Of a stretch of 64,000 bases of DNA, positions 11,395 through 20,525 are shown in pieces. The position numbers and the translations under genes were made by a program. Origin of the DNA: Thermoanaerobaculia bacterium (GTDB lineage: Bacteria; Acidobacteriota; Thermoanaerobaculia; Gp7-AA8). The notes beneath the pieces were generated by a model that was given only the letters and a program-made list of their open reading frames with translations, had not been told where the DNA came from and ran no database searches. Position 1 is the stretch's first letter. The number at the start of each line of letters is the position of its first letter. The DNA is taken from NCBI GenBank assembly GCA_034665065.1, contig JAXDGL010000018.1, positions 20,126-84,125 on the forward strand. Direction: 5' to 3'.

Positions 11395-11475
11395 GCGTTG
11401 TCGGTTCTCGGTTCTCGGTTGTCAGTTGTCGGTTGTCGGTTGTCGGTTCTCGAGTTGTCGGTTGTCGATTCCTCC
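11395..11475. repeat. Tandem 7-bp array (gttgtcg / gttctcg units) forming the left flank of the IS110 element.
   Basis: About 11 heptamer units. The same unit family occurs at 13444-13480 and at 40968 and 41263. Confidence 0.85.
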
Positions 11476-11682
11476 CGTTGTCGGTTGATTAAGGTGTCGG
11501 GCTCGGATGCCATTGACGGCGGCGATCAGCTCGGTGAGATCGTCGTCCGTCGAATCTCGGGTCACGACGCGCCGGAGGCGCGAAAGACGGTAGAGAAGAT
11601 GGAGTGACCCGCGCGCTCAATGTACCTTTTCGTGGGTTGAACCCTTGAGAGGAACAGAGCCACATACAAGGAGGAACGGGTC

Positions 11683-12780
11683 ATGAAGATTATCTACTGG
11701 ATTGGGATCGACGATCACGCAGACAAGTGGACCATTGCGCAGTACCGAGGCGATGAAGAGCGGCCGAGTAAAGAGTTCGAGCTGGTTCCGGATGAGAAGG
11801 GCTGGCGGCGCCTGCTTTCTCATCTGAAGGGACTGGACGCTGAGGTACGGATCGTTTACGAGGCCGGCCCTTGCGGGTACGAACTGTATCGAAGGCTGAC
11901 CAAGGCGGGCTACAAGTGCCAGGTGGCGGCTCCGGCACTTACACCGCGGAAGCCGGGCGAGAGGGTAAAGACCAACCGCCGGGACGCAGCGAAGTTGGGT
12001 CGGTATCTTCGAGGAAACGATCTGACCTTCGTGGTCGTGCCGGACGATGATCGGGAATCGCTACGCGATCTGATGCGCTCGCGAGAGACGGCAGTGAAAG
12101 ACGTCGGACGAGTGCGGAAGCAGATCGTTCATCTTCTGCTTCGGTATGGACATCGATACCGCGAGGGACAGGCCTGGACGCTACGCTTCTGGTCGTGGTT
12201 GAAGAAGATCAAGCTAGCCGGCGCGCACAGCCGATTTGTGCTGGACGAGTTGATCAGCGAGCTCGAACATCGGATCAGCAAGGTCGAGCGATATGACGAG
12301 CAAGTCGAACTTGCCGCGCAGAGACCTGAGTATCAACCGTACTTTGCAGCACAGCGCACGCTGCGAGGAATCAATACGCTCTCGGCGATGACGGTTCTGT
12401 CCGAGTTGGGTGACCTGCGCCGGTTCGGTACGGCGCCGCAGATCATGTCGGCGGTCGGAGTGGTTCCGTCCGAGTCCAGCACGGGCGACAAGACCAACCG
12501 CTACGGAATTACCAAGACCGGCAACGCGCACGTTCGCCGGGTCATGGTCGAAGCAGCGTGGCAGTACCAGCGACGGCTCTCACTCGGACGAACCATCAAG
12601 GCTCGCCGGAAAGGCCAGCCCAGGGAGATCGTCGAAATTGCCGAGAAGTGCGAGAAGCGATTGAACGCAAAGTTTCACCGGCTCACGAGCCGGAACAAGA
12701 AGTCGACCGTTGCAGTCGTCGCCGTGGCGCGAGAGCTCATCGGCTTCGTCTGGGCGATCGGACAAATCGCGCATCCCTAG
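11683..12780 (+). CDS. IS110-family transposase with a DEDD N-domain and a Transposase_20 C-domain.
   Basis: ggagga ribosome-binding site. GIDDHADKW N-terminal motif. C-terminal LSELGDLRRFGTAPQIMSAVGVVPSESSTGDKTNRYGITKTGNAHVRRVMVEAAW. Confidence 0.92.
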   Translation: MKIIYWIGIDDHADKWTIAQYRGDEERPSKEFELVPDEKGWRRLLSHLKGLDAEVRIVYEAGPCGYELYRRLTKAGYKCQVAAPALTPRKPGERVKTNRRDAAKLGRYLRGNDLTFVVVPDDDRESLRDLMRSRETAVKDVGRVRKQIVHLLLRYGHRYREGQAWTLRFWSWLKKIKLAGAHSRFVLDELISELEHRISKVERYDEQVELAAQRPEYQPYFAAQRTLRGINTLSAMTVLSELGDLRRFGTAPQIMSAVGVVPSESSTGDKTNRYGITKTGNAHVRRVMVEAAWQYQRRLSLGRTIKARRKGQPREIVEIAEKCEKRLNAKFHRLTSRNKKSTVAVVAVARELIGFVWAIGQIAHP

Positions 12781-13085
12781 AACCAACACTTGTGCAGCCG
12801 TGCCGTCGGCCGAGGGTCCGGCAATCGAAAGGAGAACCCTCGACACCGGCTATTCCTGACACGAGAACACCCGTGATTCACGCACAGTAGATCGAGGAAG
12901 CTCCCGACGGACACATGTCGTGCGGAACCAACCCGCGTATATCAGTGTGATCATCGTCGCTGCATTCCCCTCGGTCGACGGGACGGCTGCAAACCAGAAT
13001 CAAAAGTCAAAAGCTCATCAAGGAGAAAAACAGAGTCAAAAGCAAACGAGCAGCGCGGTTTGACAAGTCACTCCATATCAGCCGG

Positions 13086-13375
13086 TGGCAAGCGAGCAAC
13101 GAGCGCCGCCACCGGATAACGAGCGATTAAGAATCCCGCCCCGGCAGGGGCGGCAGAGAAGTACACGGACCATCCACGCATTTTTTCTTGGCCATATGAA
13201 AATACGTCCCGTCAGCGCGGAACGTTTCGGAAATGCATTTCTCATCTGCGCACATCTCGATGTGGATACTCCGCGCTTGTGGTGAATGGTCTGCCGCCCC
13301 TCCCGGGGCGGGGCGTGGAGAAAACGCGATTACAGGTGGCGGCGCTCGTTCCTCGCTTGCCACCGGCTACCCTCT
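13086..13375 (+). ncRNA. Long imperfect palindrome (~80-bp arms, ~120-bp loop) in the 3' end of the IS, a candidate structured or bridge-like RNA. The strand is unknown.
   Basis: ggtggcaagcgagcaacgagcgccgccacc...cccgccccggcaggggcggcag pairs with ctgccgcccctcccggggcggg...ggtggcggcgctcgttcctcgcttgccacc. The mirrored ORFs MASEQRAPPP and MASEERAPPP are artefacts of this symmetry. Confidence 0.3.
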
Positions 13376-13724
13376 TCTGCGCCTCCGGCCCGTAGCGCGC
13401 GCAATCAACCGACAGCGCGCGCAGCGCAATTCAACGCAGAACCGGTTGTCGCTTGTCGGTTGAGGGTTGACGTTGTAAGTTGTTTGATTGCGTGCTGTCG
13501 AGGTGCCAGCGCTACTTCTCAGTTATGAGCGATCGTTGCATCATTGCCGGCGGAACGCTGGCGTCCTCGCCGGCTGGCTCGGCGGCGTCTCGCCGCCGCG
13601 CAGGAGCGACAATCACGATCATCCTGGCACGGATGGACGCGCCGCACCGACGCAGACACTTACGAGTCGATGCTCGAGAATGAGATTCTGCCGGCATTCA
13701 TCGCATAAGTTTCTTGGGGGTCTC

Positions 13725-15029
13725 ATGAGCCGTCGATGGAGTGCTTCTTTCGGGGTAATCGTTTTTGTCGCAGTGCTGTCCGTCCCGGCGTCGGGTCAGC
13801 AAGCGCAGAGCGGGACGAAGCTCTTGAGTCCCGACGCGAATTACTATTCCGAACATGGTCGCTCCGTTGGCATTGCCGCTGATGGCCAGACGGCGGTCGT
13901 CGGAGGAAGGCCTCCCTACATCTGGGCCCGGCGTGACGGAGTCTGGCGTCAGCTCGACAAGCTGGTCGGCTCGGGAGAGGTCGGGGGCGCCGATCAGGGC
14001 TGGGCAGTCGCGATTTCTGCGGATGGAAATACCGCCATCGTCGGCGGAGATAACGACGACGGCAGCGGCCCGGAGGGCTATCACTACACTTCAGCGGTTG
14101 GAGCCGCATGGGTTTGGACGAAGAGCGATGGTGTGTGGAGCCAGCAAGGGCCCAAGCTTGTCGGCGACGGCGCGATTGGCAAGGCCAAGCAGGGAACGTC
14201 CGTCGCACTCTCCGCCGACGGCGACACCGCGATCATTGGAGGGCCCAAAGACAACGCCGCAGTTGGAGCAGCCTGGGTCTGGATCAGGATTGGCGGTGTC
14301 TGGACCCAGCAAGGGAAGCTGGTCGGATCGGGCGGTTCCGGTGGCGATGGCATCAGTCAAGGAGGCTCTGTTGCTCTTTCCGCGGACGGCAACACAGCAA
14401 TCATCGGAGGGGCTTCAGACAACAATCTCGTTGGCGCTGCGTGGGTCTGGACCAGAAGTGGAGGCGTTTGGACGCAGCAGGGAGCCAAGCTGGTCGGCTC
14501 GAGCTCCAGAGAGGGTTCGAATCTTCCTGAAGGCATCTATCAAGGGACTTCCGTTGCGCTATCAGCGGATGGGAACACCGCTCTCATCGGCGGTCCGGGA
14601 AATGGCCGCAATGGTGCCGCCTGGGTCTGGAGGAGGAGCGGGGAGGTCTGGTCGCAGCAGAGCAAACTGGATGTCTCGTCGAACCCCGCGGTATCCACAA
14701 CGTCGATCTCAGGGGACTCGGTGTCGCTCTCGGCCGATGGCAACACGGCCCTTGTGGGTGCACCGGGCAGCTATGTCTCCTTCGTGAGCTCTCCTGCGCC
14801 ACCATTCGTGGGCGCTACCTGGCTTTGGACCTACAACGCTGGTAACTGGAGCGTCCGCAACGCGCCTCTCATCGGCACGGATGGCGGCGGTGCGCAGCAG
14901 GGCTGCTCGGTTGCGCTGACTGCCGATGGCAGGACGGCCATCGTGGGTTCCAGCTGGGGCTTAGCCGCCTGGGTCTTGTCAACGGTCGACGACACGACTG
15001 GGCCGCGAAGACGTGTCGTCAAGCACTAA
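13725..15029 (+). CDS. Secreted beta-propeller-type repeat protein with FG-GAP-like repeats.
   Basis: Signal peptide MSRRWSASFGVIVFVAVLSVPASG. A ~60-aa unit GAAWVW.R.GGVW.QQG.KLVGSG...QG.SVALSADGNTAIIGG recurs six or more times. Confidence 0.6.
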   Translation: MSRRWSASFGVIVFVAVLSVPASGQQAQSGTKLLSPDANYYSEHGRSVGIAADGQTAVVGGRPPYIWARRDGVWRQLDKLVGSGEVGGADQGWAVAISADGNTAIVGGDNDDGSGPEGYHYTSAVGAAWVWTKSDGVWSQQGPKLVGDGAIGKAKQGTSVALSADGDTAIIGGPKDNAAVGAAWVWIRIGGVWTQQGKLVGSGGSGGDGISQGGSVALSADGNTAIIGGASDNNLVGAAWVWTRSGGVWTQQGAKLVGSSSREGSNLPEGIYQGTSVALSADGNTALIGGPGNGRNGAAWVWRRSGEVWSQQSKLDVSSNPAVSTTSISGDSVSLSADGNTALVGAPGSYVSFVSSPAPPFVGATWLWTYNAGNWSVRNAPLIGTDGGGAQQGCSVALTADGRTAIVGSSWGLAAWVLSTVDDTTGPRRRVVKH

Positions 15030-15076
15030 CTGGGGCGATGTCTTGAGAGAGAGCTACCAATAGACCCTGGTATGCC

Positions 15077-15163
15077 GCGTAGGTTTGGACCAAGAACGCG
15101 GGCCTCTGGAGACCGCAGTCCAAGCTCGCCGGTGAAGTGGCCGGAACCGGCGGCGTGGAGTAA
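15077..15163 (+). pseudogene. Decayed extra repeat unit of the upstream repeat protein (A*VWTKNAGLWRPQSKLAGEVAGTGGVE).
   Basis: It matches the AAWVWT..GVW.QQ.KLVG unit but has TGG changed to TAG at the second codon, and it lies out of reach of the gene's stop at 15029. Confidence 0.35.
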
Positions 15164-15218
15164 GGCGCTGACCGGATGTCAACCAAGTCGGCGATGATGG
15201 AAGCTGGCGACTCAACGG

Positions 15219-16919
15219 TTACGGAGTTGACGCCGGAGGCACTCTCTTCTTCGTCGCCTGCTCAAATGAGTAGGCGAGCTTGAGCAGCGTCGGTTCGCTG
15301 CAGGCCATCCCGGTGAAGCTGACGCCGAATGGTTGCGGGAGTGCTTTGAACGATTCAGGGAACGCGGTCGTCGGCGCGTTTGGGACCATCGCCCACGGCA
15401 CGATCACGGTTGGATAGCCGGGACGTGCAGCGATCGATGCGCCGATCGGGCCGGGGAAGAGGAGCGCGTCGAGGTTCTGCGCTTTCATCACCTCGTCGAT
15501 GCCGTGCGTGGCGGTGAGGCGGATGTCGTTCGCGCGGTCGGACTCATAGCGCGACTTGAAGAGATCGAGATCCATGGCGTCGGAGATGTCGAGCAGCGAC
15601 TGGCCGTACTTGATCGCACCCATCTTCGCGTGGTCCGTGTTCCACTTGCGCAATTCGGCCAAAGTCTTGACCGGAGCGGCCGGACCAAGGCCGACGAGCC
15701 ATTTGTTGAAATCGCGCTCCATGCCGTAGGCGAGGACGATCGAGCATTTGTGGCCCTTCACGTCGTCCATGTCGGTGCAGACGCCCCAGAGGAGATAGTT
15801 GTCGTTGGCGTTTTTGTCGACGATGCTGGGGATGTCAGCAGGGTCGACGACGACCGCGCCCTGTTCCTTGAGCACGGCAATGGCCTCGTTCATCGCTTTG
15901 GTCTGCTCGGGATTCAGAGCGTTGCGCGGTTTGTCGGCGCCGGGGAGCGTGATCTTCTCGTAGAAGCCGGCGCGCGGAATGCCGATGCGCGCGCCTTTGA
16001 GGCCATCCTTTTTCAGGAATTGCGTGTAGTCGTGGTTCGCCGGTGCGGTGCAGCGCTTGGTTGAGGGGTCGTTCGGGTCGGGATTGTTGCCTTCGAGCAC
16101 ACCGAAGAGGATCGCGGCGTCGCTGACGAACTTCGCCATCGGTCCGGCTGTGTCCTGATCGGCGGTAATGGGGATGACGCCGTAACGCGAGATGCGCCCG
16201 ACGGTCGGCTTGATCGCGGCGAGCATGTTCTGGTTCGCAGGGCTGAGGATCGATCCCGATGTCTCGCTGCCGACGTTGGCGGCCCAGAAGTTCGCGGTCG
16301 TGCCGCCGCCCGAGCTCGATCCGCCGGTGGCCAGCGCCGGCCGTCCGTCGCCGGTTTCCGTGCGCGGATCGCGGCGGGGATCGTAGGGATTGAATCCGTA
16401 GCCGTTGAGCGCGTTGTAATTCGTCGGCATCGGCGGATTGCCGGCCACCCAGTTGGCGAGCTCGGTGAGCTGCGTTTTAGCGATGATGATGGCGCCGGCA
16501 TCGCGCAGGTTCTTTGTCAGCGTCGCGTCGTACGGCGGCGTGAGATTGGCGAAGGCCATCGCGCCGCCAGTCGTGAGCAGGTCGGTGGTCTGGATGTTGT
16601 CCTTGAGCGCGATCGGGATCCCGTGCAGCGGTCCGCGAACCTTTCCAGCGGCTCGCTCTTTGTCGCGATCGTCCGCTTCTTTGAGCGCGTTCGGATTGAC
16701 AGTGATCGCCGCGTGCAGCTTGTCCTCGTACATTGCGATGCGCAGCAGGTATTGCTGCACGAGCTCGTGCGATGTCACGCGTCCCTCTTTCAAAGCAGCC
16801 TGCATGTCGGAGATGCTGGCTTCGACGACGGTGAAGGGCTTCGGCGCGGGTTTGGTGGCTCCGAACGCGGTGCTGGCGATGGCGAAAAGAAGGAGGACGG
16901 ATGTTGCGGCGCTCTTCAT
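15219..16919 (-). CDS. Secreted amidase of the amidase-signature family.
   Basis: Signal peptide MKSAATSVLLLFAIASTAFG. GGSSSGGG signature region. Confidence 0.85.
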   Translation of the reverse strand: MKSAATSVLLLFAIASTAFGATKPAPKPFTVVEASISDMQAALKEGRVTSHELVQQYLLRIAMYEDKLHAAITVNPNALKEADDRDKERAAGKVRGPLHGIPIALKDNIQTTDLLTTGGAMAFANLTPPYDATLTKNLRDAGAIIIAKTQLTELANWVAGNPPMPTNYNALNGYGFNPYDPRRDPRTETGDGRPALATGGSSSGGGTTANFWAANVGSETSGSILSPANQNMLAAIKPTVGRISRYGVIPITADQDTAGPMAKFVSDAAILFGVLEGNNPDPNDPSTKRCTAPANHDYTQFLKKDGLKGARIGIPRAGFYEKITLPGADKPRNALNPEQTKAMNEAIAVLKEQGAVVVDPADIPSIVDKNANDNYLLWGVCTDMDDVKGHKCSIVLAYGMERDFNKWLVGLGPAAPVKTLAELRKWNTDHAKMGAIKYGQSLLDISDAMDLDLFKSRYESDRANDIRLTATHGIDEVMKAQNLDALLFPGPIGASIAARPGYPTVIVPWAMVPNAPTTAFPESFKALPQPFGVSFTGMACSEPTLLKLAYSFEQATKKRVPPASTP

Positions 16920-16953
16920 GAGCGGGGATTGTAAGTCCACGCAGCGTGCGGTT

Positions 16954-17126
16954 TGTCATTCTGATCCGGCGGAACCGCGGGGTGGAAGGGCGGTGGGAGC
17001 GGTGGAGCGCGGAGAGGAATCCCCTGACGAAAGAAAAAACGCGCTTCGAAGGAGGGGATTTCTCATCGTGCTGCACCGCTCACGCCCACCCTTCCACCCC
17101 GCGGTTCCGCCGATTCGAAATGACAG
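16954..17126. repeat. Repeat family A copy A3.
   Basis: tgtcattctgatccggcggaaccgcgg...ccgcggttccgccgattcgaaatgacag. Confidence 0.8.
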
Positions 17127-17143
17127 CGCCCACCTTGCGCTCC

Positions 17144-19699
17144 CTACTTCGTAATCACTCCCCGCAATCCTCCCGAGATCAGCGATGCCAGGTTCGTCAG
17201 GATTCGCGGCAGCGCTAATCCGCCGGGGCTGGCCAGATACATCGGCTCCCACTCCGGATCGAACTTCTCTTTGTATTGGCGCAGTCCCTGGAAGTTGTAG
17301 AAGTTTTCGCCGAAGCGATACGCCAGTGATCCGACGCGGCTCCAGAGCGTTCCCAGCGTGCGGTTCTCCAGTCCTGACAATGGGGCCATGCCGAGGTTGA
17401 ACCAGCGGTAGCCTTGCTGCTGGCCCCACACGATGAGGCTGACGAACATGTAGTCCATCACTCCCGCCGGGGCGTCGGGAAGATGGCGCATCAGATCGAC
17501 GGACAGCTCATCGCCGGCACCTTTCCAAAGATTGGAGAAAGCGACAATCTGAGTGCCGCGGCGCACCACCGCGATATCACAACGGCGCAGATACTCCTCG
17601 GAGAAGAATCCAAGCGAGAAGCCCTTTTCCCGCGTTCGTTTCTCTGCAAGCCAGGAATCGGAGATGGCCCGAAGCTCGTCGATGATCGGTTCGGATGCGA
17701 CGATCTCGAACGAGCAGCCGTCGGTCTCGAGGCGGCGCTGCGTGTAGCGCATCCACTTTCGTTTGCGTCCATCGAGAGAGAAGGAATGCAGATTGACGCG
17801 CGCTTCCTCGCCGATCTTCAGGAGGGTCAGGCCGAGGTCGAGATAGAAGTGAAGGTTTTGGCGTTGCACTTCGTAGAAAACGGGCCAGCCCGCGTGCAGA
17901 TCACACATCTCGCGAAACCGCCAGATCAGTTCCTGTTTCTCATCATCCGCGCCGACCGGATCGCCCATCGCAATCCAGCTTCGTCCCTCGACGCCGTACA
18001 TCAGAAAGGAGCGGCCGGTGGGGCTGAAGAGCAGCGGTTTGTCGCCGAGCAGCGCGAGATTGGCCTGGCTGTTCCTCTCACTCTTGAGAATGACCATCGC
18101 GTTCTCGACTTCTTCGGATGCCGGCGGATCAGGCTCTTCGGGTGCGGGCCGCAGCAGGCGCTGAATCGAGAAAAGAAGGAGCAGACCGCCGACGCCGACG
18201 GAGGCGCGAAGAAATCGCGGAGCGTCGGCGCGGAACGAGAAGTGCCACCAGAGATCGCGCGTATATTCGACGTGCTTGTAGCTGAAGAAGCCGAGCCATG
18301 CGAACGAGATCAGAACGAGGAGGATGGCAGAGACCCAGCCCGGTCCGAATCCTTCGTTGAGGAGTGAGGCCTTGCGGTAGAAGTGCCGCCGCGACGCTAC
18401 GAGCGCGAAGAGCATCACCGCCAGGATGGTGGCCTCTTCGAAGTCGCCACCTTTGAATAGCTGGAAGAGGATTCCTGCGCCGAGGACGGCGACGGTGAGG
18501 TGGTAGGCGGCGTCGAGCCGGCGCTGCAGGCCGCGCGCGAGCAAGAGTAATGCAGCCCCGGCAATCGAGCCGAAGAAGTGCGACAGCTCGACGATCGGCA
18601 GAGGGACGAGCCGCCGGAGCACGAACGTTCTTCCCGGCAGCGTCGGCGTCGCGCCCGAAAACAAAAGCACGGCGCCGACGACGAATGTCGTGAATGCGAG
18701 AAGTTGTGGTGCGATGCCCGGAGCCCATCGTCCGAAGATCCGCCAGGCTTTGGCGACACCCTCGCGTTTCTCGATGACCTCGTGCATGGCCATGAGGACG
18801 ATCGCCACGAGCAGCGGGAGCAGGTAGTAGATGACGCGGAACGCAACGAGCGACCCGAGGATCGCGGACGGCGTGTAAAGCGGCGTGAGAAAAACGAGGA
18901 TGATCGCTTCGAAGATCCCGATTCCGCCCGGCACATTCGAGGCCACGCCCGCGATCTGCGCGAGGAGAAAGATGGCCAGCAGATGCGGGAATGTCAGGGG
19001 AATCCCGTTAGGCAGGAGGATATAGAGGACACCCGCGGCCAAAGCCCAATCGATGCACGACGTCGCGACCTGCGCGACGAAGAGTCCGGGCGAAGGCAGA
19101 TCGAACTCCCACTGCTTGATCCGGATCGGCTCGCGGCGGATCCCGATCCAGAAAATGTAGCTGAGCGCAGGCACGAGGAGGACCACGCCAAGCAGGCGCA
19201 GCGAAGCGAAGGGGAGGTGAATCGAAGGAGGAACGTAGGGCGGCGCGACGATGAAGAAGACGCCACCCAGAAGCACGAAGCCGAGCCAGAACGTGATCGT
19301 GCAGAACGCCAGCACCTTCGCAATCTCGACCGCGGTCAGGCGCCAGGCGTTGTACATCCTGTAGCGCAGACCTCCGCCGACGAGACCCGAGAATCCGACG
19401 CTGTTGTTTACGGCGTAGCAGATGAACGACGCCAGCGCGATCTTGAGATACGGCAATGGATGGCGGATGTAGCGAAATGCCAGCGTGTCGTAGCCGGTCA
19501 TCACGAGATAACCGATCAGCGTCAGCACGGCGGCGAGAATGACTTGCTGGCGCGGGAGCGCGTTGACGTAGCCGATGACGTCGCGGTAGCGGTAGTGCTG
19601 CAGCATGTCCTGCAGGACGCGCAACGCCACCGCAAACAGCGCCAGGATCACCAGCGGTTTGAGGAACGGCGCGACCTTTTTCAGTCGTTCCATGGTCAT
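17144..19699 (-). CDS. mprF: MprF-like bifunctional aminoacyl-phosphatidylglycerol flippase/synthase.
   Basis: 851 aa. N-terminal multi-TM flippase-like domain plus a C-terminal DUF2156/LPG-synthase-like domain (FYEVQRQNLHFYLDLG...). Confidence 0.75.
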   Translation of the reverse strand: MTMERLKKVAPFLKPLVILALFAVALRVLQDMLQHYRYRDVIGYVNALPRQQVILAAVLTLIGYLVMTGYDTLAFRYIRHPLPYLKIALASFICYAVNNSVGFSGLVGGGLRYRMYNAWRLTAVEIAKVLAFCTITFWLGFVLLGGVFFIVAPPYVPPSIHLPFASLRLLGVVLLVPALSYIFWIGIRREPIRIKQWEFDLPSPGLFVAQVATSCIDWALAAGVLYILLPNGIPLTFPHLLAIFLLAQIAGVASNVPGGIGIFEAIILVFLTPLYTPSAILGSLVAFRVIYYLLPLLVAIVLMAMHEVIEKREGVAKAWRIFGRWAPGIAPQLLAFTTFVVGAVLLFSGATPTLPGRTFVLRRLVPLPIVELSHFFGSIAGAALLLLARGLQRRLDAAYHLTVAVLGAGILFQLFKGGDFEEATILAVMLFALVASRRHFYRKASLLNEGFGPGWVSAILLVLISFAWLGFFSYKHVEYTRDLWWHFSFRADAPRFLRASVGVGGLLLLFSIQRLLRPAPEEPDPPASEEVENAMVILKSERNSQANLALLGDKPLLFSPTGRSFLMYGVEGRSWIAMGDPVGADDEKQELIWRFREMCDLHAGWPVFYEVQRQNLHFYLDLGLTLLKIGEEARVNLHSFSLDGRKRKWMRYTQRRLETDGCSFEIVASEPIIDELRAISDSWLAEKRTREKGFSLGFFSEEYLRRCDIAVVRRGTQIVAFSNLWKGAGDELSVDLMRHLPDAPAGVMDYMFVSLIVWGQQQGYRWFNLGMAPLSGLENRTLGTLWSRVGSLAYRFGENFYNFQGLRQYKEKFDPEWEPMYLASPGGLALPRILTNLASLISGGLRGVITK

Positions 19700-19851
19700 C
19701 CGATGGCCACGCCCTGAAAAGGCAGGTTCTCACGTCGCGCGCCCATTGCGCACCGAGTCATGGAAAAATCCTACTACGCCGGCGCGGCGCAACCGTGAGA
19801 GCGCGGCATTCAACCCGCAACGTAACAACGTCCCCATCGATCAACGCCATC

Positions 19852-20367
19852 TCACTCCAACGCGATCCACAACGCTACGTTGTGGGCCGCGGCCTGTTTG
19901 GCTGTCAACAGTAGTTGCACGTAGGTCTGCACGTCGAGATCGGCGTCGAAGAGCGCGTCGTCTTCGAGGTACTTCGCCGCGAGCTGCATCAACTCGACAT
20001 CGTCCGTCGGAAGGCTGACGCTGAGCGCGAAGAGCCGCAACTCCTCCAGCAGCCTCGGAAGGCTTCCGGCCTCCAGCGGATCAGCGACTGTGGGGATGAG
20101 AAGATGCTCGACGCGATCGAGCGCCAGCGGCAGATAGACCGATTGATAGGCATCGAGGCCGGTGATCTGCGGCGCCGAAGGGATCGCGCGCATGACGCTT
20201 TCCTGCAGCTTCGACCAGCCGATCCCTTCGACAGGCTCCGAGCGATAGGCATCGAAACGACCTTCCGGCAGCGCAGGAAAACGCTTCCGCACCTCGGCCT
20301 CGATGGCCTGCGCCAGATCGGGCGCGAAGACGTCGGTGGCGTTCCCGGCGACAAAAACGATCGGCAC
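19852..20367 (-). CDS. Hypothetical protein.
   Basis: 171-aa ORF that looks coding in its third-position GC. No motif recognised. Confidence 0.4.
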   Translation of the reverse strand: MPIVFVAGNATDVFAPDLAQAIEAEVRKRFPALPEGRFDAYRSEPVEGIGWSKLQESVMRAIPSAPQITGLDAYQSVYLPLALDRVEHLLIPTVADPLEAGSLPRLLEELRLFALSVSLPTDDVELMQLAAKYLEDDALFDADLDVQTYVQLLLTAKQAAAHNVALWIALE

Positions 20368-20525
20368 ATCGGGAGCGTATCGTACGTGGCCGCCGTTGTG
20401 GGCTGCGATTCACGAAAAAGCAGTGGACCACGCGGAGACGCGAAGACTCTCTCCGCGTCTCCGCGTGAACCGTCTCCCGCTTTTAAAAGAACCTTAGCCG
20501 TTTCCCAAACTACAATCCGCGCACC

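Larger units (their letters stand above)
11476..13443 (+). mobile_element. IS110-family insertion element; the boundaries are approximate.
   Basis: It holds one transposase CDS and a 660-bp 3' non-coding end. gttgtcg arrays in the same orientation lie on both sides, which suggests insertion into a single array. I see no terminal inverted repeats, as is usual for IS110. Confidence 0.55.

Noticed and set aside
13085-13363. ORFs 13085..13285 (+) and 13127..13363 (-), both beginning MASE(Q/E)RAPPP.
   Set aside because: The mirrored N-termini are a by-product of the long inverted repeat. I treat the region as a structured non-coding end of the IS, not as CDS.
13615-13640. TGGCAC motif as a sigma-54 -24 element (a sigma-54 activator is encoded at 35072).
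   Set aside because: There is no TTGC(A/T) -12 element at the right spacing downstream, and no appropriately placed gene start.
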